A DNA stretch of 61,406 nt, counting the filler. It is 4 parts of 4 records of this genome, joined end to end, with 100 filler letters (N's around TTAATTAATTAA, not from the genome) between each part and the next. Parts side by side here need not be neighbours in the genome. Positions count along the whole stretch, not along the records: positions 29,102 to 55,910 come from SRR31156797_8747; positions 56,011 to 61,406 come from SRR31156797_8755; 2 more parts are not named here. One strand, written 5' to 3'. The notes under the pieces were generated by a model. That model worked only from the letters and a program-made list of their open reading frames with translations, had not been told where the DNA came from and ran no database searches. Positions within the stretch are counted from its first letter, which is position 1. Each line of letters opens with the position of its first letter. This document shows positions 51,392 to 60,648 of the stretch, in pieces. The translations under genes were made by a program, and so were the position numbers.

Positions 51392-52750
51392 CTATCCTTC
51401 CTGCTCAAGCAGATCAAGAACCGTGCGCAGCATAGGGCCAAATTCATTTTTGCCAGGACAAACAAAGGAGCAAAGCGCAAGATCTTCTTCCACCAGCTCC
51501 AGACAGCCTAGCTCTGCGGCCTTTTCCGTATCACCAACAGCCAGACTTTTTAATAAGGGGAGTGCAATAATATCCAGTGGCAAAACTTTTCCATAGACCT
51601 CAAGTGGATAAATCGCCCGCCGCCCTCCCCAGACTGCAGTAAGAAACGAAAAGTGACTTTTCTGTTTTGCAAAAGCAGATAAAAACAATCCAGTGGCAGT
51701 GAAACGGTCCTTACCTGGGCTCAGCCAGCCAAAGAACGACCTGCCGCTGCCTTCACGCAGGGTCGAGACCTGACGATGATACCTGCCAAGGTATCCAGTA
51801 AATTCGCTTATCGGCCGCCCATCCAGAACGTTTCCAGACAAAAGACGGTATTCATCAGGTGACACACGTTCATCGCTGCAGAGTTCTTCAAGAGACGCCC
51901 CCTGATGGGTTTGAACTAACGCCGGGGTTTTGAACCCCTCACCGCTGAGAGCTACCACGGTGTTGGTGGACAAACGACCATGGGTGAACAAGTGGCCGAT
52001 TCTGATGACATCCTGAAAGTCGATGTGCCAGACTTGTTTTTTTGCATGGACAGGGTCAATGAAGTGGATATGGGTGGACGGCAGGCCCGCTGGATGGGGA
52101 CCATCGAATCCCCAAGTAGTAATGCCCTCTACGTTGACTGCGGCTACCCCCGTGTCATTTGGAGAAACACAAAGGTGGCAAGGTACGGCTACCATCTTTT
52201 TCAACACCCTGAGTCCCAGCTCAAAGCATGCGGTGTCTCCTGCAATGATGACTGCCGGATCAGCAGCCAGGGGATTGGTATCCATGGCAGTAATAAAAAC
52301 CGAGGACGGCTTACTTTCTGCTGCAGGTATACGGCCAAACGGACGCGTTCTCAGAGCTGTCCACAACCCTGATTCCTGGAGTAGATCACGAATCACATCA
52401 GCTTCCTGCTGTTCAACCGGTATCTCCGAGGCTCGGTCAAACGACACAGCCTCTTCACCATCCAGGCTGATTACCAGGGATTCAAATTTTCGTTTAGCAC
52501 CCCTATGGATGGCCTTTACAGTACCACTGCCAGGGGCTGTGAACTGAAAGCCGGGATTTTTTTTATCAACAAATACCGGCTGCCCCAGTTTAACCTGCTC
52601 TCCCTCTTGGACCAGCATGGTGGGCTTAAGTCCGAGATAGTCATCCCCCACAAGGGCTGCATGGCGGACCGCAGCCCCCTGCCGGATCTGCTGGTGGGGC
52701 ACCCCTTTTAAAGGCAGATCCAGTCCCTGCTGAATGGTGAACGTTTTCAT
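51392..52750 (-). CDS. nqrA: Na+-NQR subunit A
   Basis: Start MKTFTIQQGLDLPLKG just after the apbE stop; GPHPAG and LVEEDLALCSFVCPGK motifs. Confidence 0.94.
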   Translation of the reverse strand: MKTFTIQQGLDLPLKGVPHQQIRQGAAVRHAALVGDDYLGLKPTMLVQEGEQVKLGQPVFVDKKNPGFQFTAPGSGTVKAIHRGAKRKFESLVISLDGEEAVSFDRASEIPVEQQEADVIRDLLQESGLWTALRTRPFGRIPAAESKPSSVFITAMDTNPLAADPAVIIAGDTACFELGLRVLKKMVAVPCHLCVSPNDTGVAAVNVEGITTWGFDGPHPAGLPSTHIHFIDPVHAKKQVWHIDFQDVIRIGHLFTHGRLSTNTVVALSGEGFKTPALVQTHQGASLEELCSDERVSPDEYRLLSGNVLDGRPISEFTGYLGRYHRQVSTLREGSGRSFFGWLSPGKDRFTATGLFLSAFAKQKSHFSFLTAVWGGRRAIYPLEVYGKVLPLDIIALPLLKSLAVGDTEKAAELGCLELVEEDLALCSFVCPGKNEFGPMLRTVLDLLEQEG

Positions 52751-52751
52751 A

Positions 52752-53768
52752 TCATCCCTCGAAGCCGCTGGTACGATACTGGCGAAGATCCTTACCAATC
52801 AACAGCCCCTCACAATGGTCCATGCCCTCAAGTGTTGCAAGGGCCTTCTCCGGCCCCTGTACCATGGCGGCTGTCGCAAGGCCGTCAGCCAAGGCAACCG
52901 ATGGAGCGCTGACAGTAGCACTTGCAAGTTCAGGAGGAGATATGCCTGTTCGCGGATCTATGATGTGGTGATGCCGCATATCATCTGTAAACCACTGGAT
53001 ATAATCCCCTGAAGTTGCGATGGCTGTTGGTCGACTCACCTCCATCACCATCATTGCCTCAACATTCTCAGGACGAGGATTGCGAACACCGATGCGCCAC
53101 GGTTTCCCCTTTGGTTTGGTTCCTGCTACCATCAGGTCACCTCCGGCCTCAACGTAGACATTATTAAAGCCAAGCTGCTGCAACACAGCCACTCCCTGGT
53201 CAACGACATACCCTTTCCCTATACCATCAACCGTTATCGACATTCCGGGATGAGCAAAGACTGCCTTATCGCTGCTCCATTCAATTGCTTTAAAATCGAC
53301 CAGGCTGCGGGTTGCGTCCAGCTGCTGCTGCGTTGGCAGCTTATCCGTCGCATACAGATCAAGCAAAGGCAGGACCGTTATATCAAAGGCTCCTTCAGTC
53401 GCCTCACTCACCTCTTTTGCCAAGGAGAGAATCGACTGCAGCGGCTGAGAAGGACTATTGACCACTCCATAGCGGTTAAGTCGGGTCAATTCACTCTCCG
53501 CCTGGTGCCTGCTCAAAAGTTGTTCTACCTCTCCCATCCTTTGCAGGGTTGCCTCAACCCCTTTAAAACAGGCATCTTGATCAGGGCCACAGACTATAAG
53601 ATTAATCTGGGTACCCATCATGTTCCGGCTCTCCCGTACAATATGGGCGGCAGCATTAGTCGGGCGAACACCGAGTTGATAGAGTCCGCCGCTGGCGCCT
53701 GCCACCGCGACTATCTGCAGAAATCTTCGCCGATTGAAACGTGGTTTGTCTCTCATGCTATCAGTCAT
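52752..53768 (-). CDS. apbE: FAD:protein FMN transferase with Tat signal
   Basis: NRRRFL, MMGT, GAFDITV, GIGKGY, GGD, ATSGDY, HHIIDPRTG and ADGLATA motifs. Confidence 0.93.
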   Translation of the reverse strand: MTDSMRDKPRFNRRRFLQIVAVAGASGGLYQLGVRPTNAAAHIVRESRNMMGTQINLIVCGPDQDACFKGVEATLQRMGEVEQLLSRHQAESELTRLNRYGVVNSPSQPLQSILSLAKEVSEATEGAFDITVLPLLDLYATDKLPTQQQLDATRSLVDFKAIEWSSDKAVFAHPGMSITVDGIGKGYVVDQGVAVLQQLGFNNVYVEAGGDLMVAGTKPKGKPWRIGVRNPRPENVEAMMVMEVSRPTAIATSGDYIQWFTDDMRHHHIIDPRTGISPPELASATVSAPSVALADGLATAAMVQGPEKALATLEGMDHCEGLLIGKDLRQYRTSGFEG

Positions 53769-53846
53769 ATCTTCTTACCTTATAATTATTCAGCAAATAA
53801 CAAATAACCTCGCCGTACCCTTGATCAGTGACGGTTAAAAAGTGCT

Positions 53847-54446
53847 TCAGATCCGTGCATGCAGGCTGGAACCCCAGAGTAGTACCTGATCGTGCGCTGA
53901 GGTAAGCACAGACTCCGTGGGGTGCTGCCTGCTTTCATCCTGCAAGAGCAAAGATTTTTTCCCTCTCACATGACTCTTGCCCCTGAGAATATGCTCTAAT
54001 AAATGTTCGCCAAAACAGCGAACATTTCCGCCATAGTGCGCAAAAGAAAAGAGATCGAGGAAAAGCGCCCTACATTGTGCTCCGGAAAGTTGCTCATGAT
54101 ACAGCATGACCAAAAGCAGCATCAAGGTATTCAAATATACCAAACCTGCTGACCGGGCATTGGTCAATACTTGTTTGTCATCAGAAAGAACTGCTAAGCG
54201 ATGGTCGGCTGCAACAGGACAGATAGCCTGGTCTGCAGTACCACAAGGGGCTTCCACGCAAATAACCTGTGCAGGGAGGGGACGATCAAACTCCTGCACT
54301 ACCTGGGGAACAACCAACAACCGGTAGAGGGTTGCCATGCGGTTGAGCAGACCCAGTCGCTCAAGATAGATCAAGGTTGAAGTATCGATAACACCACCCT
54401 TGAACTGTTGCAGATCCTGTAAGGCAGCTTTGATATCCATGGTCAT
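53847..54446 (-). CDS. PIN-domain-like hypothetical protein
   Basis: VIDTSTLIYL, VVQEF, ADQAI and VLSDDK motifs. Confidence 0.55.
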   Translation of the reverse strand: MTMDIKAALQDLQQFKGGVIDTSTLIYLERLGLLNRMATLYRLLVVPQVVQEFDRPLPAQVICVEAPCGTADQAICPVAADHRLAVLSDDKQVLTNARSAGLVYLNTLMLLLVMLYHEQLSGAQCRALFLDLFSFAHYGGNVRCFGEHLLEHILRGKSHVRGKKSLLLQDESRQHPTESVLTSAHDQVLLWGSSLHARI

Positions 54447-54542
54447 TTATGGAGTTACTTTTTAAATTTCATCTATGGTAACATACCTTGACAAAAAAAA
54501 TCAGTATTGTTCATAAAAATATAAAAAACAGGAGGATAAGAA

Positions 54543-55373
54543 ATGGACCTGCAACTTGTCATAGATCAGGAAAACTGCATCCAATGCAGCGCCTGTGTCA
54601 AAGATTGCCCGTACGAGATACTGGAACTTGCCCCTGACTTTCCACAAGTGATAACTGACAAAGCTGACCAGTGCATTCAGTGTCAACACTGTTTGGCGGT
54701 TTGCCCGACAGGTGCCCTGTCTATCCTGGGCTTTGCCCCACAGGATTCCCTTCCCCTGAAGAATCAACTGCCTACACCCGAACAGATGGATGTACTCATC
54801 AGGGGACGTCGATCTGTACGCAGGTACAAATCAACTCCGCTTGAGAGCAGCGTAATTGACAGCATGATGGCTACTATTGCCCATGCACCCACAGGAGTAA
54901 ACAGACGCGATTGCCTCTTTACAGTGGTTGAAGACCGGGAGGTGATGGATAAAATTGCCTCTGAAACCATTGACGGAATCCGGCAAAAAGCAGACACAGA
55001 AACACTCCCAAAAGGTTTCGAATTCTTTGCCGGTATTGTCAGGGCCTGGGACAAGGGGAAGGATGTGCTTTTTAGAAAAGCACCCCACATGTTGATAATA
55101 TCTGTTCCCAAAACCGGCCCTGCTCCGGGGGCAGATCCAATTATTGCCTTCAGTTATTTTGAATTACTTGCAGCTAGTATGAATATTGGAACCCTCTGGG
55201 ATGGCCTGGCAAAATGGGCCATCACCGATATTGTCCCTGGAATGCAGGAGAAAATTGGTATCCCTAAGGATCACCAAGTAGGCTACGTGATGCTGTTTGG
55301 CAAACCAGCAGTCAAATATTTTCGCACTGTGCAACGAGATAAAGCCAATATAAGACGAGCTACCTATAAATAG
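54543..55373 (+). CDS. Nitroreductase with N-terminal 2x[4Fe-4S] ferredoxin domain
   Basis: CIQCSACVKDCP, CIQCQHCLAVCP, RRSVRRY and APTGVN motifs. Confidence 0.92.
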   Translation: MDLQLVIDQENCIQCSACVKDCPYEILELAPDFPQVITDKADQCIQCQHCLAVCPTGALSILGFAPQDSLPLKNQLPTPEQMDVLIRGRRSVRRYKSTPLESSVIDSMMATIAHAPTGVNRRDCLFTVVEDREVMDKIASETIDGIRQKADTETLPKGFEFFAGIVRAWDKGKDVLFRKAPHMLIISVPKTGPAPGADPIIAFSYFELLAASMNIGTLWDGLAKWAITDIVPGMQEKIGIPKDHQVGYVMLFGKPAVKYFRTVQRDKANIRRATYK

Positions 55374-55607
55374 CTGCTAGAAAGTAACAAGATGTTAAGG
55401 GGGTAATTTTTCGATCACCTCCTTTCAAAAAGGTCACGCTTTCCATCATTTCCCAGTGTGTGGAGTAAATCTGCCCTACGAGAGGAAGAGAAATGAGCAG
55501 GCGCACAAGCCTTTTTTTATCTTACCTTGACTTTTCATTTGTCTCTGATTCTACTTCTTTTAGTGAAAGAAATTATCTGTAGTTCCCCCCTCATATAAGG
55601 AAAAACG

Positions 55608-55748
55608 ATGAAAAGTTATCGAAAAGAACTCTGGTTCGAGGTGCCGTCACGGCGCGGGTTTATCAACATTACCCCTACGATTGAGGAATGTCTGCGTGAG
55701 AGTGGTATTACAGAAGGCCTGCTTCTCTGCAATGCCAAACAAATCTAG
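55608..55748 (+). pseudogene. yjbQ: 5' fragment of a YjbQ/UPF0047 family gene, interrupted
   Basis: [43 protein letters not shown] is followed by KQI-stop where the family continues into the conserved H(I/T)TAS motif. Confidence 0.75.
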
Positions 55749-55910
55749 TTAAACATATAGCCTTTAGTTTTTCAGGAACGATAACTGCTCATAATAAAAG
55801 AATAAATCACCTATTCAAAGAAGGGGTTGCAAATCTTGTTGATACCCAAAATCAACGTTCCCGATCCGACTTCATTACCGTAGCCGACGCTCAGCAACAA
55901 ATTCTGTTAC

Positions 55911-56010
55911 NNNNNNNNNNNNNNNNNNNNNNNNNNNNNNNNNNNNNNNNNNNNTTAATTAATTAANNNNNNNNNNNNNNNNNNNNNNNNNNNNNNNNNN
56001 NNNNNNNNNN
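55911..56010. other. Artificial contig spacer
   Basis: 100 nt of N with TTAATTAATTAA. Confidence 0.98.
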
Positions 56011-57003
56011 ATATTTAGTAAGTTTCCAGAATCTTGATTTCTTATCAAATAAATTCCAAATAAGTCCTAAAGTAAGTAAGAAATATCCAAAATAAGTTGG
56101 CCATTTACCTGGGTCATTATTTACAGACAATACAGTTCCTTTTTCATCTGGGTCATATGAACTTTGGAAGAATAAGAAGTTTCCTTCATGAAGTGTTCTG
56201 TTCATAAAAATTCTATAGTCATATTTTCTACCATCAGGTTTGATTACTGTTACTTCAGAAGCATAAGATGATGGAGCCATACTTCCTGGGTATCTATCAA
56301 GTTGGAAGTCTCTTAATTGAATAGCAAAAGGAAGTTCAAGAGTTTTTGAACCATACTCTAGTGTTACAACTGCATCACCAAAGTCTTCAACTTTTGTTAC
56401 ACCTTTCATTCCTCTTTTACCTGGTAGTTTTACAGTTTTTGTTTCTCCATTTAATGAAACATCTACTGTTAAAATACCCATGTCATTTTTACCTTTTTTA
56501 GCATACATATAGTTGTTAAAATCTACAGTTAACTCTTTATTGTCAAAAGAAATACTATGAGAAAAATCATTGCTACCTAAAGCAGTAAATTCCATTGGGT
56601 ACTCTTTATAGAAAGTAGAGTCTTTTTGTTTTATTTTAACTTGTAAATAAGGTTCTAAAGAGATCATTCTATTTTGAATCTGACCCTCTCTAATTTGCAT
56701 AATTCCTTCATAACCAACATATCTAGTTACAGCTGCACCAATTAATATTACAACAAATGATAAATGGAAGATAAATCTTGGTTTATGTTTCCACATTTTA
56801 TATTTATAGATTATACCTGCAAGGTTAATAGTTGTTAAAACTAATACTGCTTCATACCAGAAGTGGTTGTAAACAAGAACTCTAGCAGATGATGTACCGA
56901 AATCATTTTCGATGAAAGTTGCTACTCCTGCCCCAATGGCTAGAATAGCTAATAAAGTAAGTGTTGTCTTGAAGGAGAACAAGACGTCAGTTAGCTGTTT
57001 CAA
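56011..57003 (-). CDS. System II cytochrome c biogenesis protein (CcsBA/ResB-type), 3' truncated
   Basis: ATFIENDFG, FHLSFVVIL, YPGSMAPSSYASEV and FFQSSYDPDEKGTVLSVNNDPG motifs. Confidence 0.88.
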
Positions 57004-57163
57004 TATAAATCCTTTTTAAAAAGTTACCGCTAATTATACGTATTATCTATTTAATTAACGTGTAGAAAGTATTTTTTACAAAATTTCGTTATTATAACCA
57101 AAAAACTTTACTTATTCTTGATTTAAAACAAGTTTTTAAATAAATTAAGATTATAATTCTAAA

Positions 57164-58078
57164 ATGAATTTAGAAGAACTTAAACAGAAAAAAGACGACT
57201 GTAGAAAATGGAAAAATGTTGAACCTTGGTATAATCAATTACTAAAGGTTTTTGACTTACACAAAGAGAAATTACACGTAGATTATGGTGATTGGTTTAC
57301 TATTGGAAAAAGAGAAGATTTAACTGATAGTGAATTTGCTTTAATAGAAGAAACAGCACAAAAACTTATTCCTTGGAGAAAAGGACCTTTTAATCTATTT
57401 GGTCTTGAAATTGATAGTGAGTGGCAGAGTAATATAAAATACAATTTAATAAGACCTCATTTTAATTTAAAAGATAAGGTTGTTGCAGATATTGGTTGTA
57501 ACAATGGTTATTATATGTTTAGGATGCTTGAAGATAAGCCAAAAAGATTAATTGGTTTTGACCCAAGTGCTTTAACATTACATCAGTTTGAGTTTGTTAA
57601 TCACTTTGTTAAATCAGATATCATTTATGAGATGCTTGGAGTAGAGCACTTAGAGTATTATAATCATAAATTTGACTTTATTTTTATGCTTGGTGTTTTA
57701 TATCATAGACCAGACCCTGTTGGAACATTAAAATCACTTGCACGAGGATTAAACTCAAAGGGTGAGATTTTAATTGATACTTTTATGATTGATGGAGAAG
57801 ATGAGATTTGTTTAACTCCGGATAAAAGATACTCTAAAATTCCAAATATCTATTTTATTCCAACTATTCCTGCTTTAAGAAATTGGTTAAGTCGAGCTGG
57901 TTTTGAAGATATTGAAGTAATTGCAACAACAACAACTACTAGTGAAGAACAAAGAAAAACAAAATGGTCATTTGATCAAAGTTTAGAAGACTTTTTACAC
58001 CCTGAAGACCCAACAAAAACAGTTGAGGGTTATCCTGCTCCAAAAAGAGTTTATATGAAAGCTAGAAAGATACAGTAG
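57164..58078 (+). CDS. cmoB: tRNA U34 carboxymethyltransferase
   Basis: PWRKGPF, IDSEWQS, DIGCNNGYY, GVLYHR and TVEGYPAPKR motifs. Confidence 0.95.
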   Translation: MNLEELKQKKDDCRKWKNVEPWYNQLLKVFDLHKEKLHVDYGDWFTIGKREDLTDSEFALIEETAQKLIPWRKGPFNLFGLEIDSEWQSNIKYNLIRPHFNLKDKVVADIGCNNGYYMFRMLEDKPKRLIGFDPSALTLHQFEFVNHFVKSDIIYEMLGVEHLEYYNHKFDFIFMLGVLYHRPDPVGTLKSLARGLNSKGEILIDTFMIDGEDEICLTPDKRYSKIPNIYFIPTIPALRNWLSRAGFEDIEVIATTTTTSEEQRKTKWSFDQSLEDFLHPEDPTKTVEGYPAPKRVYMKARKIQ

Positions 58079-58079
58079 A

Positions 58080-59054
58080 TTAGAATAAATCTATTGTATC
58101 ATCAGGAGTTAAATCTTTATAGTTAAAGAATTGGCTTCTACCTCTATTTTTTGCTTCATATAGAGCTATATCTGCATTTTTAATAGTTTTATCTATTGTA
58201 TCACTATCATCAGAAGTATTAAATACATCATATCCAATACAGATTGTTTTTTGTAGTGTATGTCCTAAGTCATTTACAGTAACTTTTACTTCCGCAAAAT
58301 CTTTTATTATATTTTGTGCAATTTTTGCAATATCTGATTCACTTGTAGTACTAAGCATTGAGATTAAAAATTCATCACCACTTAGTCTTGCAACCATATC
58401 AAACTCAGAAATATTTGAGTGAATTACCCTTGCAAGTTCAACTAAAACTTGATCTGCAACTTCATGGTCAAACTCATCAATAACTGCTTTAAAGTGGTCA
58501 ACTCCTATCATTAGGAAGTAAATACTTTTATACTCTTTTTTAGATAAAGTTATCTGTTTATTTAGATTTTCAATTAAATAGTGTCTATTATAAACTTTAG
58601 TAACAGAGTCTAATGAAAGTGATTCAATAAAGTTTTTCTTGATAATACCATTTTGAATAATTGGTGAAATTTGAAATAGAGCTGATTCAATTACATTGTA
58701 CTGTTCTGCAAGTATGTCATGGTGTTCTTTTGATGAAGCACAGAATGATACGATAGCATTTAGGTTTGTATGTGTGTTTACAATGAAGAAAAAAGATAAT
58801 GAATCATCTAAATAAAACTCATCTCCTTCAATAAATACATTTTCTCTATTATTTCTTTCTATATCAAATAGGGCAAATGTTACGTTATCTACTTCAAAGT
58901 TTGTGTGTAACCAAAGATAAATATCTTCTGCCATTTGTTTTAAGTTTGAAGAGTATTGTAATTGGTCATATAATTTATAAATATTTTCTAAAGCTTTAAA
59001 GTCTTTTTCATTTGTTTTTGCTGATTTTACTAATTCTAAAATATTATTCTTCAT
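58080..59054 (-). CDS. GGDEF-domain protein, degenerate (SGDEF)
   Basis: GVDHFKAVIDEFD, ARLSGDEF and ADIALYEAKNRGR; ends in TIDLF. Confidence 0.85.
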   Translation of the reverse strand: MKNNILELVKSAKTNEKDFKALENIYKLYDQLQYSSNLKQMAEDIYLWLHTNFEVDNVTFALFDIERNNRENVFIEGDEFYLDDSLSFFFIVNTHTNLNAIVSFCASSKEHHDILAEQYNVIESALFQISPIIQNGIIKKNFIESLSLDSVTKVYNRHYLIENLNKQITLSKKEYKSIYFLMIGVDHFKAVIDEFDHEVADQVLVELARVIHSNISEFDMVARLSGDEFLISMLSTTSESDIAKIAQNIIKDFAEVKVTVNDLGHTLQKTICIGYDVFNTSDDSDTIDKTIKNADIALYEAKNRGRSQFFNYKDLTPDDTIDLF

Positions 59055-59062
59055 TCTATCCC

Positions 59063-59974
59063 TTAAAAAAGATCTATTGTATTTGTCTCTTCTTTCTTAA
59101 ATTTGAAAAGTTGGCTTCTTCCTTTATTTCTTGCTTCATATAGTGCAATATCAGAAGATCTAAAAATCTCTTCTGTTTTACTTGCATCATCAGGAAACAT
59201 AGAAATACCAGCACAAATTGTTTTCATCAACGTTTGATTTGTGTCAATGTTAACAATAACTTTTTTATTCTTAAAGTTTTCTATTATTTTTTCAGCAACT
59301 TTAATTGCATTATCTTCACTATCTATATTATGTAATATAACTAAAAACTCATCAGATTCAATTCTCGCAACAATATCAGAAGTTCTAACAGAGTTTTTTA
59401 AACTTACTGCAAGCTCTTTTAAAACTTTATCTCCTGTATTGTAATCAAACTCATCAATAACAGCTTTGAAATGGTCAATACCTATTTTCAAAAACGCAAC
59501 TTTTTTCTTCTCCCTTGAAGAAAGAGGAAGCATTGTTTTTAAATATTCATCTACATATTGTCTGTTATAAAGACCTGTTAAGTTATCTTTTAATGATAAC
59601 TCTTTTAGTTGAGATGTTAGGTACTTATTATAAATAGTTTGTGAAATTAAGTTAAACGTTGTTCTTACTATCTCTGAAGTAGATTCAATTTTATCTTGTT
59701 CTAATCCTGATTCAAAATAAAAAGTTACTTCTAATTCATCACTTTCATCAAGTTTAATAAATAGATTTTTACTTTTAAAATCTTTATTTGAATCAATATT
59801 CGAATAAATACTTCTATTATTGATAGCTGCTTTAAACCTAGATATTCCAAAGTCTTTATTTAAATACGATGATAAATATGCGAAGATATCATCTAATTTA
59901 TGTAAAGTCTTTAAGTGATCATTTAACGCAATAATCATTTGAAAACTATAAGAGTTTAACTTATTATAATTCAT
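59063..59974 (-). CDS. GGDEF-domain protein, degenerate (ESDEF) with intact RxxD I-site
   Basis: DNLTGLYNR, GIDHFKAVIDEFD and RTSDIVARIESDEF; ends in TIDLF. Confidence 0.85.
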   Translation of the reverse strand: MNYNKLNSYSFQMIIALNDHLKTLHKLDDIFAYLSSYLNKDFGISRFKAAINNRSIYSNIDSNKDFKSKNLFIKLDESDELEVTFYFESGLEQDKIESTSEIVRTTFNLISQTIYNKYLTSQLKELSLKDNLTGLYNRQYVDEYLKTMLPLSSREKKKVAFLKIGIDHFKAVIDEFDYNTGDKVLKELAVSLKNSVRTSDIVARIESDEFLVILHNIDSEDNAIKVAEKIIENFKNKKVIVNIDTNQTLMKTICAGISMFPDDASKTEEIFRSSDIALYEARNKGRSQLFKFKKEETNTIDLF

Positions 59975-59988
59975 TTTTTACCTAACTA

Positions 59989-60582
59989 TTATAAATAATT
60001 TTTCCAATTTATTAAAGAGTCTCTTTCACTATTTAAAGATGTAGCTGGGCCATGTCCTGGGTAGATTCTAATATCTTTTTCCCAAGCTAAAATCTTATCA
60101 ATACTTTTTCTCATCTTTTCTGGACTAGAAAAAGGAAAATCTGTTCTTCCAATAGAGTTATTAAAGATAAAGTCACCTGAAAACAAGTGTTTATCTATCT
60201 CTATTGCAGAACATCCTGGAGTATGACCAGGAAAATAGTGAAACTTAACTTTTACACCGTCAAAGTCAAACTCTTCATCAGGCTCAACTAATACATCAGC
60301 ACATGATGGAGTCATCCCAAACCCATAAGGGTCTTTTTCAAGCATAAAGTTGTCTTCTTTTGGAGTGTAGATTTTTAAACCTAATTCTTCACTCACTTCT
60401 TTGTTTGACCATACATGATCAAAATGTCCATGTGTATTTAAAATTGCAACAGGGTTTTGTACGTTTTGAAGTACCCATCTTGTTGCTCCAACACCTGGAT
60501 CAATAATAAAATCTTTTCCATCTACAGTAATAATATAACAATTTGTTTGATAATCACCCATTGGTTGGACTTTTAATGACAT
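59989..60582 (-). CDS. MBL-fold metallohydrolase (glyoxalase II-like)
   Basis: THGHFDH, PGHTPG, FSGD, GRTD and PGHG motifs. Confidence 0.92.
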   Translation of the reverse strand: MSLKVQPMGDYQTNCYIITVDGKDFIIDPGVGATRWVLQNVQNPVAILNTHGHFDHVWSNKEVSEELGLKIYTPKEDNFMLEKDPYGFGMTPSCADVLVEPDEEFDFDGVKVKFHYFPGHTPGCSAIEIDKHLFSGDFIFNNSIGRTDFPFSSPEKMRKSIDKILAWEKDIRIYPGHGPATSLNSERDSLINWKNYL

Positions 60583-60648
60583 AGTTCTTTAATCCTTAGT
60601 TAGCTAAAATTTAATCTAGTATATTAAATTAAAACTGTAAGGAAGATT

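Noticed and set aside
33090-55111. Numerous 60-185 aa ORFs overlapping or antisense to well-supported genes in the higher-GC contig
   Set aside because: They show no recognisable motifs and are the shadow ORFs expected at this GC content.
29102-55910. Genome-wide UGA reassignment as the explanation for the rhodanese read-through
   Set aside because: Other genes in the contig end normally at TGA (for example 31283, 31607 and apbE), so the read-through is site-specific.
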